Shown here: positions 49,325-59,567 of the stretch, one piece after another
Numbering within the stretch: position 1 is the stretch's first letter
Layout of the letters: the number at the start of each line of letters is the position of its first letter
NCBI GenBank assembly: GCA_964482195.1
Contig: CAYZWL010000003.1
Span: 6,643-70,642, forward strand
Source of the DNA: an uncultured Alteromonadaceae bacterium
GTDB taxonomy: Bacteria; Pseudomonadota; Gammaproteobacteria; Pseudomonadales; Halieaceae
Direction: 5' to 3'
Length of the DNA: 64,000 nucleotides
Position numbers and translations under genes: made by a program
Notes under the pieces: model-generated
The model's database searches: none
What the model saw: the letters and a program-made list of their open reading frames with translations, nothing else
What the model was told of the DNA's origin: nothing

Positions 49325-49867
49325 ATGTCACAGCGAATCCAAACCATTGTCATCTTCCTCAGCGCGTTTTTACTCAGCGCCTGCGCGACCAGTCTCGATG
49401 GAGATCGCTACCGCGACCAGCAGCCTGGCTTCGACCTGTTTAGGTTCTTTGATGGCGATGTCAAAGCCTGGGGCATTGTGCAGGATCGCAGCGGTGAAGT
49501 GACGCAACGCTTTACAGTGGCCATCAAAGGTAGTGTCGATGGAGAGCAACTGAGGCTCGATGAAAGCTTCGAATACAGCCTCGGCAGTGGCGTGACCGAA
49601 CGCGTCTGGATCATCAACCGCAAGGCCGATGGCAGCTACGGCGGACGGGCCGGGGACATTCTGGGTGACGCGTACGGTGAAGCTTTCGGCAATGCATTCC
49701 GCTGGACTTACGCCATGGACCTGCCAGTCGGTGACAACAGCTACGAAGTGACCTTCGAGGACTGGATCTGGCAACTCGACGACAACACCATCGTCAATCG
49801 CTCATGGATCCAGAAGTTCGGGATCGACTTTGCCGAGGTCACCATTTTCATGCAGCGTCTGGATTGA
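49325..49867 (+). CDS. DUF3833-like lipoprotein
   Basis: Lipobox FLLSAC after ATG 49325. The pattern FDLFRFFDGDVKAWGIVQDRSGEV...RVWII...FRWTYAMDLPV...FEDWIW matches my recollection of DUF3833. Confidence 0.7.
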   Translation: MSQRIQTIVIFLSAFLLSACATSLDGDRYRDQQPGFDLFRFFDGDVKAWGIVQDRSGEVTQRFTVAIKGSVDGEQLRLDESFEYSLGSGVTERVWIINRKADGSYGGRAGDILGDAYGEAFGNAFRWTYAMDLPVGDNSYEVTFEDWIWQLDDNTIVNRSWIQKFGIDFAEVTIFMQRLD

Positions 49868-49953
49868 CCCAAACATCGCCATTGGGCGCCACAAACTCGA
49901 CTCCAGCGGCGAATATTGGTACCTAATGGCCCACACTCATCAAGGCCGTTGCC

Positions 49954-50838
49954 GTGAAATCATTTTTTAACCGTTTCAAAGCCTGGCTGTTCCGCTGGTA
50001 CTACCGCTTGATTAATCGACGCGCCTGGGCCGGCCAGACCGCCGACCACGTGCAGGTCAGCCAACTGCAAATTCCCGCCGGTGACGGCACCCTTGCGACT
50101 CGCATGTACCACGGCAGCCGCGACAAGCCACTGGTCGTTTACTTCCACGGCGGTGGTTGGGTCATCGGCGACCTCGACACCCACGACCCCTACTGCCGCG
50201 CGTTGTGCGACGCCAGCCAATGCACCGTGATGTCGGTGGACTATCGTTTGGCACCGGAGAGCGTCTTCCCGGCTGCCCACGATGACTGCCTCGCCGCGAG
50301 TCGCTGGATTCTCGAACACCTCGACAACCTGGCACCGAACAACGGCACGGTGGTGCTCGCTGGCGACAGCGCCGGGGGCAATCTGACCGCCTGCACCGCA
50401 CTGATGTTGGCGGATGAGCCCCGGCTCGCCGGGTGCCTGATGCTTTACCCGGCGGTACAGCACTATCACAGCAGCCTGCCTTCCTACGTGGAGCACGCCC
50501 GTTCGGGACCACTCACCACACCCATCATGCGCTGGTTTATTGATACTTATCTGGGCGAGACCGCGCCCGCGGCACCCGAAACCGAACGCCTGTTCCCCGG
50601 GCGGCGACAGAGTTTTCGTGGTTTCCCACGCTCATTGCTGATTACGGCTGAACGAGACCCTTTGCGCGATGACGGCCGCCGATTGGCCCAGCGGCTGGGG
50701 CAGGATGGCGTCGCAGTCGAGCATCATCACTTTGATGACGAAGCCCATGGATTTGCCTGCTCAGAAGGCCCTACCCCAGGCTTTACCCGCTGTCTTGAAC
50801 TCTCCAGCGAGTGGTTGCGCGCCGTCAGCACCCGCTGA
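49954..50838 (+). CDS. alpha/beta-hydrolase, hormone-sensitive-lipase-type esterase
   Basis: VVYFHGGGW oxyanion motif and GDSAGGNL nucleophile elbow. GTG start. Confidence 0.85.
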   Translation: MKSFFNRFKAWLFRWYYRLINRRAWAGQTADHVQVSQLQIPAGDGTLATRMYHGSRDKPLVVYFHGGGWVIGDLDTHDPYCRALCDASQCTVMSVDYRLAPESVFPAAHDDCLAASRWILEHLDNLAPNNGTVVLAGDSAGGNLTACTALMLADEPRLAGCLMLYPAVQHYHSSLPSYVEHARSGPLTTPIMRWFIDTYLGETAPAAPETERLFPGRRQSFRGFPRSLLITAERDPLRDDGRRLAQRLGQDGVAVEHHHFDDEAHGFACSEGPTPGFTRCLELSSEWLRAVSTR

Positions 50839-50856
50839 CGGCGGCGTGTCGCCCCC

Positions 50857-52065
50857 TCAGGGCGTGATGGCGCGAAGAATCGACAGGAACTCGTCTTTCT
50901 CCAGCAACCGTGGGCTGGGGTAACCGTCTGCTTCGGTGATAGCCGCTTCGGCGATGGCATCGAAATCCGAAGGCTGCATGCGATCGTCGGTAGCTGGAAT
51001 ACCAACATCGGCAATCAGTTGACGAACCGCCTCGATAAAGGCGTCGGCTCTGGCCTCCTGGGAAGACGCGCTGGACACACCGGTGGCAATCGCGAGTTCT
51101 GCGAGCTTTTCGGTCGCCGACGCTCCATAAGTGGACAGCATGTGCGGCAGCACCAGCGCATTGGCCATGCCGTGCGGAATCCCGTACTTGGCACCCATGT
51201 TATGGGCCACCGCATGCACCGTCCCGACGTTGACCTGGTTGATGGCGACACCGCCGTTGTAAGCGGCGACCGCCATGCCCATTCGGGCCTCAACACTATC
51301 GGGGTTGGCAATAGCTTCGCGCAGCCAGCGAAAAACGCCCTGCACAGCCAGTTTGCCGGTTTCGCTGCGGGTGCCCCGCTCGAAGACACAAATGAAGGCT
51401 TCGATACCGTGGGTCAGTGCGTCGATACCGGTCGCTGCAGTGATACTGGCGGGCATGCCCAGCATCAGTGCCGGATCGATGGCGACCGCACGCGGCAACA
51501 GTGACAAACCGGCAATGACTTCCTTCTGGTGGGTGACAGGGTCGGTGATCACCGCACCCATCGTCGCCTCGCTGCCCGTGCCCGAAGTCGTGGGGATCGC
51601 AAACAGCGCTGCAATCTCTTCGGGCACCTTGCCGCGACCGACCCATTGTTGGGGCTCATCGCTGGAGTACCGCGCAGCGGCGATGATCTTCGCCGCATCG
51701 ATGGAAGAACCGCCGCCCACCGCCAGCACGGCGGTACAGGCGTTGTCCTTCAGGATCTGTGCACCCGCCTTGACGTGATCATAGGTCGGGTCAGGCTGCA
51801 CGCCATCGTACCAGTGGACATCGACATCGCTCTCGAGAATGCCGGCGATGGCCTTGTCTGCCAGCCCCAGATCCCTGAGTGGTTTGTCCGTCACCACCAG
51901 TATTGACTGGTGGCCGGCGTCGACAACGCGCCGGCACAGCTCGCGGGCACTGTTTTCGCCCACGTAGGCAAAGTGGTTGGCATTCGCTTTCTTGCCGATC
52001 AACACACGCATCAGGGTGAGAAGGAGGCCCCGCTTTAAACGTCGTACGGGCATCGGTTGAGCCAT
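50857..52065 (-). CDS. iron-containing (group III) alcohol dehydrogenase
   Basis: ATG 52065 lies after an AGAGGA RBS. Motifs VLAVGGGSSIDAAK, TTSGTGSE, DALTHGIEAF and HAVAHNMG. Confidence 0.85.
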   Translation of the reverse strand: MAQPMPVRRLKRGLLLTLMRVLIGKKANANHFAYVGENSARELCRRVVDAGHQSILVVTDKPLRDLGLADKAIAGILESDVDVHWYDGVQPDPTYDHVKAGAQILKDNACTAVLAVGGGSSIDAAKIIAAARYSSDEPQQWVGRGKVPEEIAALFAIPTTSGTGSEATMGAVITDPVTHQKEVIAGLSLLPRAVAIDPALMLGMPASITAATGIDALTHGIEAFICVFERGTRSETGKLAVQGVFRWLREAIANPDSVEARMGMAVAAYNGGVAINQVNVGTVHAVAHNMGAKYGIPHGMANALVLPHMLSTYGASATEKLAELAIATGVSSASSQEARADAFIEAVRQLIADVGIPATDDRMQPSDFDAIAEAAITEADGYPSPRLLEKDEFLSILRAITP

Positions 52066-52196
52066 CGTCTTTATCCTCTTTATTGTGGTTCGCTTTTTTG
52101 TGTCTGTTCGCGATCTTTGTTGGCGCACCGCTGAATCAGAGCCTGCGCGCAGAGATTTGGCTATGCTCTGCAGGCCACAGTTATCGGTGAACAACC

Positions 52197-53192
52197 ATGC
52201 AGCAGCGACACTATATCGCGATTGATGACCCTGAGACCCTCTCACTGCAAAGCGACACACCACCCGACCCCGGTCCCGGGGAGGTCTTGATCGATGTGAG
52301 CTTCGCAGGGATCAACCGCGCGGACGTCCTGCAGCGTCTGGGTCTCTATCCACCGCCCGAGGATGCGTCACCCATCATGGGGCTTGAGGTTGCCGGCATC
52401 ATTCGCAGTGTGGGCGAGGGCGTGGTCGACTGGCAGCCCGGCGACCGGGTGTGTGCGCTGACCCACGGCGGTGGCTACGCCAGCGTCGCGATCGCCCGCG
52501 CGGATCATTGCCTGCCGGTGCCTGAATCGCTCTCGCTGGAAGCAGCGGCGGCACTACCCGAGGCATTACTGACCAGTTGGCACAACGTGTTCGAGCGGGG
52601 TGGCCTGCAGGCCGGAGAAACCCTGTTGGTGCAAGGGGGGGCGAGTGGTATCGGCACCATCGCGGTACAAATGGCTGTAGCGCGCGGGGCCCGGGTCGTC
52701 GCCACAGCGGGCAGCGCTGAAAAATGTGCCCGCGTGCAGGCTTTGGGCGCCGAATTTGTCGCCAACTACCGCGAGGGAGATTTCGACGCTGCGCTCGTGA
52801 ACGCAGGCTACGGCGGCGCTATCAACGTGATTCTTGATATGGCGGGAGGCGACTTTGCCCAACACCACATCAACCTCGCCGCCCTCAATGGTCGCATTGT
52901 TTGCATCGGCGTCATGCGTGGCATGGAAACGACCATCAATCTGGCGGCGCTGTTCATGAAACGGCTGGTGTTGACCGGCAGTACGCTCAGGGCCATGCCC
53001 CACACGGAAAAAGCGGCGAGCTTCCGGGCGATTCATGAACAGATCATGCCGCTGGTCGCGAGCCATCAGATTGAGCCCGTCATCCACGCCGTCCTCCCGC
53101 TGACCGATGCGCTCGGGGCGCAACAGCTGATGATGTCGGGGGCGCACACGGGCAAGATCATTCTCGACTGCCAGCGCGTGCAGGGCGCCTAA
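52197..53192 (+). CDS. NAD(P)H:quinone oxidoreductase (MDR superfamily, zeta-crystallin/PIG3-like)
   Basis: GEVLIDVSFAGINRADVLQRLGLYPPP, LVQGGASGIGTIAVQMA and GKIILD. Confidence 0.85.
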   Translation: MQQRHYIAIDDPETLSLQSDTPPDPGPGEVLIDVSFAGINRADVLQRLGLYPPPEDASPIMGLEVAGIIRSVGEGVVDWQPGDRVCALTHGGGYASVAIARADHCLPVPESLSLEAAAALPEALLTSWHNVFERGGLQAGETLLVQGGASGIGTIAVQMAVARGARVVATAGSAEKCARVQALGAEFVANYREGDFDAALVNAGYGGAINVILDMAGGDFAQHHINLAALNGRIVCIGVMRGMETTINLAALFMKRLVLTGSTLRAMPHTEKAASFRAIHEQIMPLVASHQIEPVIHAVLPLTDALGAQQLMMSGAHTGKIILDCQRVQGA

Positions 53193-53204
53193 ACCGCTGA
53201 CTGC

Positions 53205-53639
53205 TCAGTGCAGTCTGGGATGGTAAATCGCAGCGAATACCCAACCGGCACCCGCGCCGGCGATGGCCTGGCCGACCAACCCTGTCACGCTGCGCGCGGC
53301 GGCCACGCCCACCAGCCCCAAGGCCATTTCCATGATGGTGTGCAGGGCAATAATCGCCACGAACCCCGCGAGGGTGTAAACGGCCGAGCGGGGCAGCTTG
53401 AACAACCGCACCAACTGACCGGCAATCAGGAACGCGATCGCCAGGGCGACGGCAATGAGCGGCAGATACGTTGGCGCCATGCCCATCAGGTCATGCCACA
53501 CCGCCGCCATCCGATCAGTGGCTGATACGGGCACGCCGAAACCCGCAATCGTGCTCATGATGCCGAGGGTCCCCAAGGTGACGGCGAGTACGTAATTGAC
53601 GATAACGGCGGGGAAGTAACCTTTTAGTGCGCCCAACAT
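53205..53639 (-). CDS. hypothetical integral membrane protein
   Basis: The 144-aa product from ATG 53639 has four hydrophobic segments. Longer starts would overlap the divergent gene at 53722. No family recognised. Confidence 0.45.
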   Translation of the reverse strand: MLGALKGYFPAVIVNYVLAVTLGTLGIMSTIAGFGVPVSATDRMAAVWHDLMGMAPTYLPLIAVALAIAFLIAGQLVRLFKLPRSAVYTLAGFVAIIALHTIMEMALGLVGVAAARSVTGLVGQAIAGAGAGWVFAAIYHPRLH

Positions 53640-53721
53640 ACGGCGGTGCTCCAGCGAGGAATACGAAAACGGTACATCGCGATATAGTCCACGAATCCGC
53701 GCACAGATCAACGGCAGACCC

Positions 53722-54828
53722 ATGCAGACCCATTCCAAGATCCTATTCACCTTGAGCTCGCTGCTCATATTCGCCCTGGCGACGGGCAGCGGTGGCGCGA
53801 CGGCGCAGCCCACCCAGGTATCGCTACTCAACGAGACCTTGAATCAGCCCTGGTCGCTGGCGCAGCTACCCGATGGTGATTTGCTGATCACCGAAAAGCC
53901 GGGGCGCCTACTGCGCCGGGATCAAGCCGGAGAACTGCACCCGATCAGCGGCGTACCGGAGGTATTTCTCGCCAGCCAGGGTGGGCTGCTCGAAGTGCTG
54001 CCAGACCCCAAGTTCGCGGAAAATCGCCAGATTTACCTGTCCTTCGCGGCGGGTGACATTCGCAGTAACCGAACTACCGTGATTCGCGCCACGCTGGAGC
54101 AGGATGCCCTGAGCGAGGTGTCGACGCTGCTCGAGGTCTCGCCCGACAAATCCAAGGCCGCCCATTATGGCGGCAAGCTGGCATTCATGGCCGATGGCAC
54201 TCTCTTGGTCAGTGTCGGGGAGGGCTTCGAGTTCCGCGAGCAAGCGCAGTCCCTCGACAGCGAACTCGGCAAGATTCTGCGTATTCACACCGACGGCAGC
54301 GCGCCGGCTGACAATCCGTTCGCAGCCACTGCTCCCAGAGTCTGGAGCTACGGGCACCGCAATCCACAGGGACTCGCCGTCGACCCGGCGTCACAGACCG
54401 TGTGGATGCATGAACATGGCCCCCGCGGGGGGGATGAGCTCAACCGTGTGGAACCCGGCACCAACTACGGTTGGCCGGCAATCACCTACGGGGTCGACTA
54501 CAGCGGAGCGCTCATTTCGCCCTATCAGGAGGCCGAGGGTATGGCACAACCTGTCACCTGGTGGGTGCCCAGCATCGCGCCCTCGGGATTGGCGATCTAC
54601 CGCGGAGCGATGTTCCCGGAGTGGGACGGGGACCTGCTGGTCGGCGCCCTGGTTGACCGGGCGCTGTACCGTCTCGACATGTCTGCGGGTCAGGTCGTTT
54701 CCCAGTCTGTGGTCAACGATGCCATCGAGGGCCGGGTTCGCGACGTGCGCGTCCTGGCGAATGGCGCGATTGCCGCGGTCACCGACGGCGGCCGCCTGTA
54801 CTTGATCGAACGCGGCGAGGGCAATTAA
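53722..54828 (+). CDS. PQQ-dependent soluble sugar (glucose/sorbosone) dehydrogenase family protein
   Basis: Signal peptide. Motifs HYGGKLAF, DGTLLVSVGE, WSYGHRNPQGLA, EHGPRGGDELN and TNYGWP. Confidence 0.85.
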   Translation: MQTHSKILFTLSSLLIFALATGSGGATAQPTQVSLLNETLNQPWSLAQLPDGDLLITEKPGRLLRRDQAGELHPISGVPEVFLASQGGLLEVLPDPKFAENRQIYLSFAAGDIRSNRTTVIRATLEQDALSEVSTLLEVSPDKSKAAHYGGKLAFMADGTLLVSVGEGFEFREQAQSLDSELGKILRIHTDGSAPADNPFAATAPRVWSYGHRNPQGLAVDPASQTVWMHEHGPRGGDELNRVEPGTNYGWPAITYGVDYSGALISPYQEAEGMAQPVTWWVPSIAPSGLAIYRGAMFPEWDGDLLVGALVDRALYRLDMSAGQVVSQSVVNDAIEGRVRDVRVLANGAIAAVTDGGRLYLIERGEGN

Positions 54829-56204
54829 GCCGGCACACTGACCGGGCGCAACTGCCGCTCCTGCTCGAGGTATTCGAGCCTGCCTACACTCGCCCAACGG
54901 CGCCGTATGCCCGGGGTGGGTGCAAGATAGAACAAATCGCCGTTGTGGCCGGTGAGCACGGTACCCACGCCACTCGATCGAGCCAGACTGGCATTGGCCC
55001 GCATATGCGCATCTTCTCCGTGCACAGGGATGACCATCCGCGGCTGTAGCGTCGTGTAAAGATCGCTCAATTCCTCCGCGCAGGGGTGACCCGATGCGTG
55101 CAGGGTCCGCGGACTGTGATCAGCCTGCAATACGTTCACACCGCGCTCGCTGAGCCCTTCAACCAGTCGTTGTACCGCGGCCTCATTGCCCGGAATGGTT
55201 TTCGATGAAAATACCACCGTGTCTCCCTCGGCCAGCGACAGGTGGGGGTGGGTATCCATCATCAGGCGATGCAGCGCCGCACCGACCTCCCCCTGGCTAC
55301 CGGTTGCCAGCGCCAGCACTTCCTGCTCGGGCAAATAACCGAGGTGAGAGGGCTCGATCGGCTGCTCATCGACATCGATCAAATCGCATGCCCTAGCGCA
55401 GCGCCACATGTTCTCGAGGGAGCGACCCAGCAGTCCGACCCGCCGCCCCGTGCTGCGGGCAAGACGCAGCACCGTCTGAATCCGCGCCACATTACTGGCA
55501 AAACACGCGACGACCACACGGCCGGTCAACGGGGCAATGGTCGGCAACAGGCCGTCAGCCACATCCCCCTCGGTGGGAGAGCGACCCGGCTTGGTGGCGT
55601 TGGTGGAATCACAGATCACCACGTCAACACCCCGAGCACCGAGGTCAACAAACTGGCTCTGCTGCCAGGCGGGGCCCACGACCGGACGGTGGTCAATCTT
55701 CCAGTCGGCGGTGTGCAGCACCCGGGTCTTGCCCATGACAATGTCGAGCGCACAGGTCTCCGGCGTGGAGTGGGTAATCGGTAGCCACCTGACCTGAAAC
55801 GGGCCTATGCGAAGCTCACTCCCCGGGCGGACCTCAATGATTTGGTGAGGCAGTTGACCACCACGCCAGGCATTTTTGCGCCGCAAGACAGCCGCCGTAA
55901 ACGGGGTCGTGTAGATCGGGCAGTCCAGATCTGCCCAAAGGTAAGGTACCGCCCCGAGGTGGTCTTCATGGGCATGGGTAATGATGAGCCCATCGAGGGT
56001 CTGACGGCGGCTGGCAATGAACTGTGGATCGGGCATCTGGATCGAGGGTCGCCCACTCGGAGCGCCCTCGGGGTGTTCGAACGTGATCCCACAATCCACC
56101 ATCAACCAGCGTCCGGCATGGCCGAACAGGTTGAGGTTCATGCCAATTTCGCCACAGCCCCCGAGCGGCAAAAACCAGGCGTCTCGGTCACCTGACTGTG
56201 CCAT
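54825..56204 (-). CDS. RNase J-family MBL/beta-CASP ribonuclease (short form)
   Basis: FLPLGGCGEIGMNLNLF...MVDCGITF...LIITHAHEDHLGAVPYL follows the RNase J N-terminal pattern. At 459 aa it appears to lack the usual C-terminal domain. Confidence 0.7.
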   Translation of the reverse strand: MAQSGDRDAWFLPLGGCGEIGMNLNLFGHAGRWLMVDCGITFEHPEGAPSGRPSIQMPDPQFIASRRQTLDGLIITHAHEDHLGAVPYLWADLDCPIYTTPFTAAVLRRKNAWRGGQLPHQIIEVRPGSELRIGPFQVRWLPITHSTPETCALDIVMGKTRVLHTADWKIDHRPVVGPAWQQSQFVDLGARGVDVVICDSTNATKPGRSPTEGDVADGLLPTIAPLTGRVVVACFASNVARIQTVLRLARSTGRRVGLLGRSLENMWRCARACDLIDVDEQPIEPSHLGYLPEQEVLALATGSQGEVGAALHRLMMDTHPHLSLAEGDTVVFSSKTIPGNEAAVQRLVEGLSERGVNVLQADHSPRTLHASGHPCAEELSDLYTTLQPRMVIPVHGEDAHMRANASLARSSGVGTVLTGHNGDLFYLAPTPGIRRRWASVGRLEYLEQERQLRPVSVPA

Positions 56205-56213
56205 CGAAGCGGC

Positions 56214-57302
56214 TTACCAGCTGTAGCCGATACGGAAGCTATAAGTCTGGTCGAGGTTTTCGTTGCCTTCGGCAGCACCACCATCGTAGTCGAGTCGAAT
56301 CTCAGTGGCGGCCTCAAACCCGTAGGCCAGCGGGAAAGCCAATCCCACCGTGGTATTGAGAATCGTGCGCTCTACCTCGTCGGTGTTGAGAATACCGACG
56401 TGGGTGAGGTACAGCCGTGAGTCGCCGCCAAGAATGTTGCTCTCACCCGTGAAGTTCCAGTTCACACCGAGGTATTCATCGTCCTCATCAACCGCAAAGT
56501 CCGTGTTGACCTGGGCAAAACCCAACTCGCCATCAAGGGTCAGCCAGGATTCGCGGATCAGCTTGCGGCCATAGTAAGGGCCGATGTACGTCCGCAAATC
56601 AATATTGGCCAGCGCATCGGCTTCCACCGAGGCATTGATGCCGAAGTAGTTGTCGGGATTCGCCAGAAAATAATCGTACTTACCCACTACAGCCCATTTG
56701 TCGGCGGTGGGAATCTTCTGCTCAACAGTGCTTGTCGTCCCGTCACCATTGTCGACGCTGACGCGGTTGTAGGTATCGTCCTGTTCGATATTGCCGCGCA
56801 CTGTGAACCGATCGCGGGTGCTGGTGAATGTGCTGTTAACCACCAGATCGAGTTCATCGGTCTCCTGGTTACCGCGATTAATCGCAACACCGGCGCCACT
56901 GTTACCGTCCCATTTGTAACCGCGACCGCGCTCCCAGGGCTCTGGATTCGCAATAGCCACGGTCTCCAGTGGCATGGCCCGACCACCGGGCAGCTGCAGC
57001 TCGCCCTCGTCGACGGTCAGGGTTTCTACTTCGATAACACTCTTGTTATCGAGCATCAGTACGATGGCATCGGTAGAAACCAGCTTTTTGATCAGTTTGC
57101 TGTCGACCTCCACCGCATCGCTGAACGCCGTCTTCAAGGTCACCTTGTCATCCCGGTAATCCACCACCTCACCGATCAGTACGGAACCGTCAGTCAGCTC
57201 AAGACGAGCACCCGCTGCGTGGGCAACCTGCGAGATCAGCAGCAGTCCGGCAACGCCGGCGGCAACCAAAAAACGCCCAAGTGCGTACAGAGAAGTTATC
57301 AT
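56214..57302 (-). CDS. DUF481-like outer-membrane beta-barrel protein
   Basis: ATG 57302. Signal peptide ...LISQVAHA. Alternating beta-strand pattern with terminal ...FRIGYSW. The family name is from memory (YdiY-like). Confidence 0.65.
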   Translation of the reverse strand: MITSLYALGRFLVAAGVAGLLLISQVAHAAGARLELTDGSVLIGEVVDYRDDKVTLKTAFSDAVEVDSKLIKKLVSTDAIVLMLDNKSVIEVETLTVDEGELQLPGGRAMPLETVAIANPEPWERGRGYKWDGNSGAGVAINRGNQETDELDLVVNSTFTSTRDRFTVRGNIEQDDTYNRVSVDNGDGTTSTVEQKIPTADKWAVVGKYDYFLANPDNYFGINASVEADALANIDLRTYIGPYYGRKLIRESWLTLDGELGFAQVNTDFAVDEDDEYLGVNWNFTGESNILGGDSRLYLTHVGILNTDEVERTILNTTVGLAFPLAYGFEAATEIRLDYDGGAAEGNENLDQTYSFRIGYSW

Positions 57303-57418
57303 TGCTCGGCTCCTGCTTCCGAAAGGGTAGAAGCAGCGCAGACTAAGACATCCCACTGCGCATTTGAAACCAGATCCCGCAGCAATAATGCCGTTCACCC
57401 CGACCAGAGACCCACCCC

Positions 57419-58783
57419 ATGAGCAACGCAGCTGGCCCTTTTGATTTCGACCTCTTCGTCATTGGCGCAGGATCCGGTGGCGTGCGCGCCGCGCGCGTCG
57501 CAGCGGCCCTGGGCGCCAAGGTCGCCATCGCCGAAGACCTGTATCTGGGCGGCACCTGTGTGAATGTCGGTTGTGTGCCCAAGAAGCTTTACGTTTATGC
57601 CAGCGAGTTCGGCAAGGGATTCAAGGACAGCGCCGGCTTCGGCTGGCAGGTCGGCGATGTCGACTTCGACTGGGCAACGCTGCGAGACAACAAAAAGGAT
57701 GAAATCGCCCGACTGAATGGCATCTACGACTCGCTGCTGGTGGGCCCGGGTGTACAGATCATCGAGGGCAAAGGCACGCTGATCGATGCACACACCGTCG
57801 CGGTGGGCAACGCCCATTACCGGGCTCAGAAAATTCTGCTGGCCACGGGCTGCTGGCCTGACAAACCCGAATTTCCCGGCGTGGAGCACACCATCAGCTC
57901 TAACGAGATCTTCGACCTCGAGACCTTCCCCAAGCGGCTATTGGTGATTGGTGGCGGCTATATCGCCACCGAATTTGCCTGCATTTTCAACGGGCTCGGC
58001 AGCGAGGTCACCCAACTCTATCGGGGCGAATTGTTCCTACGCGGCTTTGATGAAGACGTGCGCGGATTCCTCGCCGAAGAGATGCGCAAGTCCGGTGTCG
58101 ATCTGCGCTTCCACTGCAATATCAGCGCGCTGGCGCCCGCGGGTGACGCTTATCGAGCCACTTTGACCGATGGCAGCGAGGTGGAAGTCGACGCCGTTCT
58201 GGTCGCCACCGGTCGCCGTCCGCGGATCGATGGGCTAGGCCTCGAGCAAACCGGCGTGCAGCTCAAGGCCAATGGCTTTGTCAAAGTCGATGAGCAGTAC
58301 CAGACCGATGAGCCCTCGATCTACGCACTCGGCGACATGATTGGTGGTCCCCAGCTCACGCCGGTGGCACTGGAAGAGGGCATGGCTTTCGCTCATAACC
58401 ACTTTGGCGAGGGTGGCCGTTCGGTGGACTACAACTATATTCCCACCGCCGTATTCAGCCAGCCCAACATCGGCACTGTCGGTTACACCGAGGAGGGCGC
58501 AAGGGCTCACTTCGGCGACGTAACGGTCTATTTGTCAGATTTCCGCCCGATGAAGCACACCATGAGCGGCCGCAATGAGCGCTCCATGATGAAGCTCATC
58601 GTCGATGACGCGAGTGATCGTGTCGTTGGCCTGCATATGGTCGGCCCCGACGCCGGGGAGATCTGCCAGGGCATGGCGATTGCCATGCGGATCGGTGCGA
58701 CCAAGGCGGACTTCGACGCGACCATCGGCATCCACCCGACCGCCGCGGAAGAGTTCGTGACCATGCGCACACCCGCAAGATAA
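57419..58783 (+). CDS. gor: glutathione-disulfide reductase
   Basis: [17 protein letters not shown], the redox-active [13 protein letters not shown], and C-terminal [15 protein letters not shown]. Confidence 0.9.
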   Translation: MSNAAGPFDFDLFVIGAGSGGVRAARVAAALGAKVAIAEDLYLGGTCVNVGCVPKKLYVYASEFGKGFKDSAGFGWQVGDVDFDWATLRDNKKDEIARLNGIYDSLLVGPGVQIIEGKGTLIDAHTVAVGNAHYRAQKILLATGCWPDKPEFPGVEHTISSNEIFDLETFPKRLLVIGGGYIATEFACIFNGLGSEVTQLYRGELFLRGFDEDVRGFLAEEMRKSGVDLRFHCNISALAPAGDAYRATLTDGSEVEVDAVLVATGRRPRIDGLGLEQTGVQLKANGFVKVDEQYQTDEPSIYALGDMIGGPQLTPVALEEGMAFAHNHFGEGGRSVDYNYIPTAVFSQPNIGTVGYTEEGARAHFGDVTVYLSDFRPMKHTMSGRNERSMMKLIVDDASDRVVGLHMVGPDAGEICQGMAIAMRIGATKADFDATIGIHPTAAEEFVTMRTPAR

Positions 58784-58792
58784 GGCCAGCTC

Positions 58793-59548
58793 TTGCCCGA
58801 ACTCGAACTCTGGTCGATTGCGGTACTGATCGCGGCCGGCACCCTCGGTGGCTTTATCAATGTGGTCGCTGGTGGGGGCTCTTTGCTCACGGTACCCGTG
58901 ATGATTTTCCTCGGCGTGCCCGGCCCGATTGCCAATGGCACCAACCGGGTGGCGATTCTCGCCCAAAATCTAAGCGCCATCACAACCTTCAAGCGGGCGG
59001 GGCGATCACACCTGCGGCTGGGCATGACACTGGCACTCGCCGCCACCCCCGGGGCAGTACTCGGTGCGTGGATTGGCGCGCAGTTGTCCAGCGCCCGCTT
59101 CAATCAGGTGCTGGCGCTGGTCATGATCGGTGTCATGCTGCTGATGTACACCGGCGGCGGCAAATCAGCGGACCGCACCGCTGAACACCCTCAACACCTG
59201 AGGCTCGGCCATATCCTGATGTTTTTCGCAGGACTATGGGGTGGCTTCATTCAGATCGGTATGGGCTTCATCCTGATGCCCATCCTGCACCGGGTCATGG
59301 GACTCGATCTGGTCACCACCAATATCCTCAAGGTGACGATTGTGGCGGTCTATACACTCGCCGCACTGGTGGTCTTTGTGCTGACCAGCGAGGTGTTGTG
59401 GCTGGTGGGCGGAGTACTTGCCATCGGCAATGCGCTGGGCGGCTTTTTGGGCGCCCGACTGACGCTCAGCCATGGTGAGGTGTGGATACGGCGGCTATTG
59501 TTTGTGGCGATCACGGCCATGGTCACCAAGCTGCTATTCTTTAGCTGA
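58793..59548 (+). CDS. TauE/SafE-family sulfite/anion exporter
   Basis: TTG start. GGFINVVAGGGSLLTVPVMIFLG and a second-half repeat. 251-aa polytopic protein. Confidence 0.8.
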   Translation: MPELELWSIAVLIAAGTLGGFINVVAGGGSLLTVPVMIFLGVPGPIANGTNRVAILAQNLSAITTFKRAGRSHLRLGMTLALAATPGAVLGAWIGAQLSSARFNQVLALVMIGVMLLMYTGGGKSADRTAEHPQHLRLGHILMFFAGLWGGFIQIGMGFILMPILHRVMGLDLVTTNILKVTIVAVYTLAALVVFVLTSEVLWLVGGVLAIGNALGGFLGARLTLSHGEVWIRRLLFVAITAMVTKLLFFS

Positions 59549-59567
59549 GGCCACAGGAGAGCCAACT

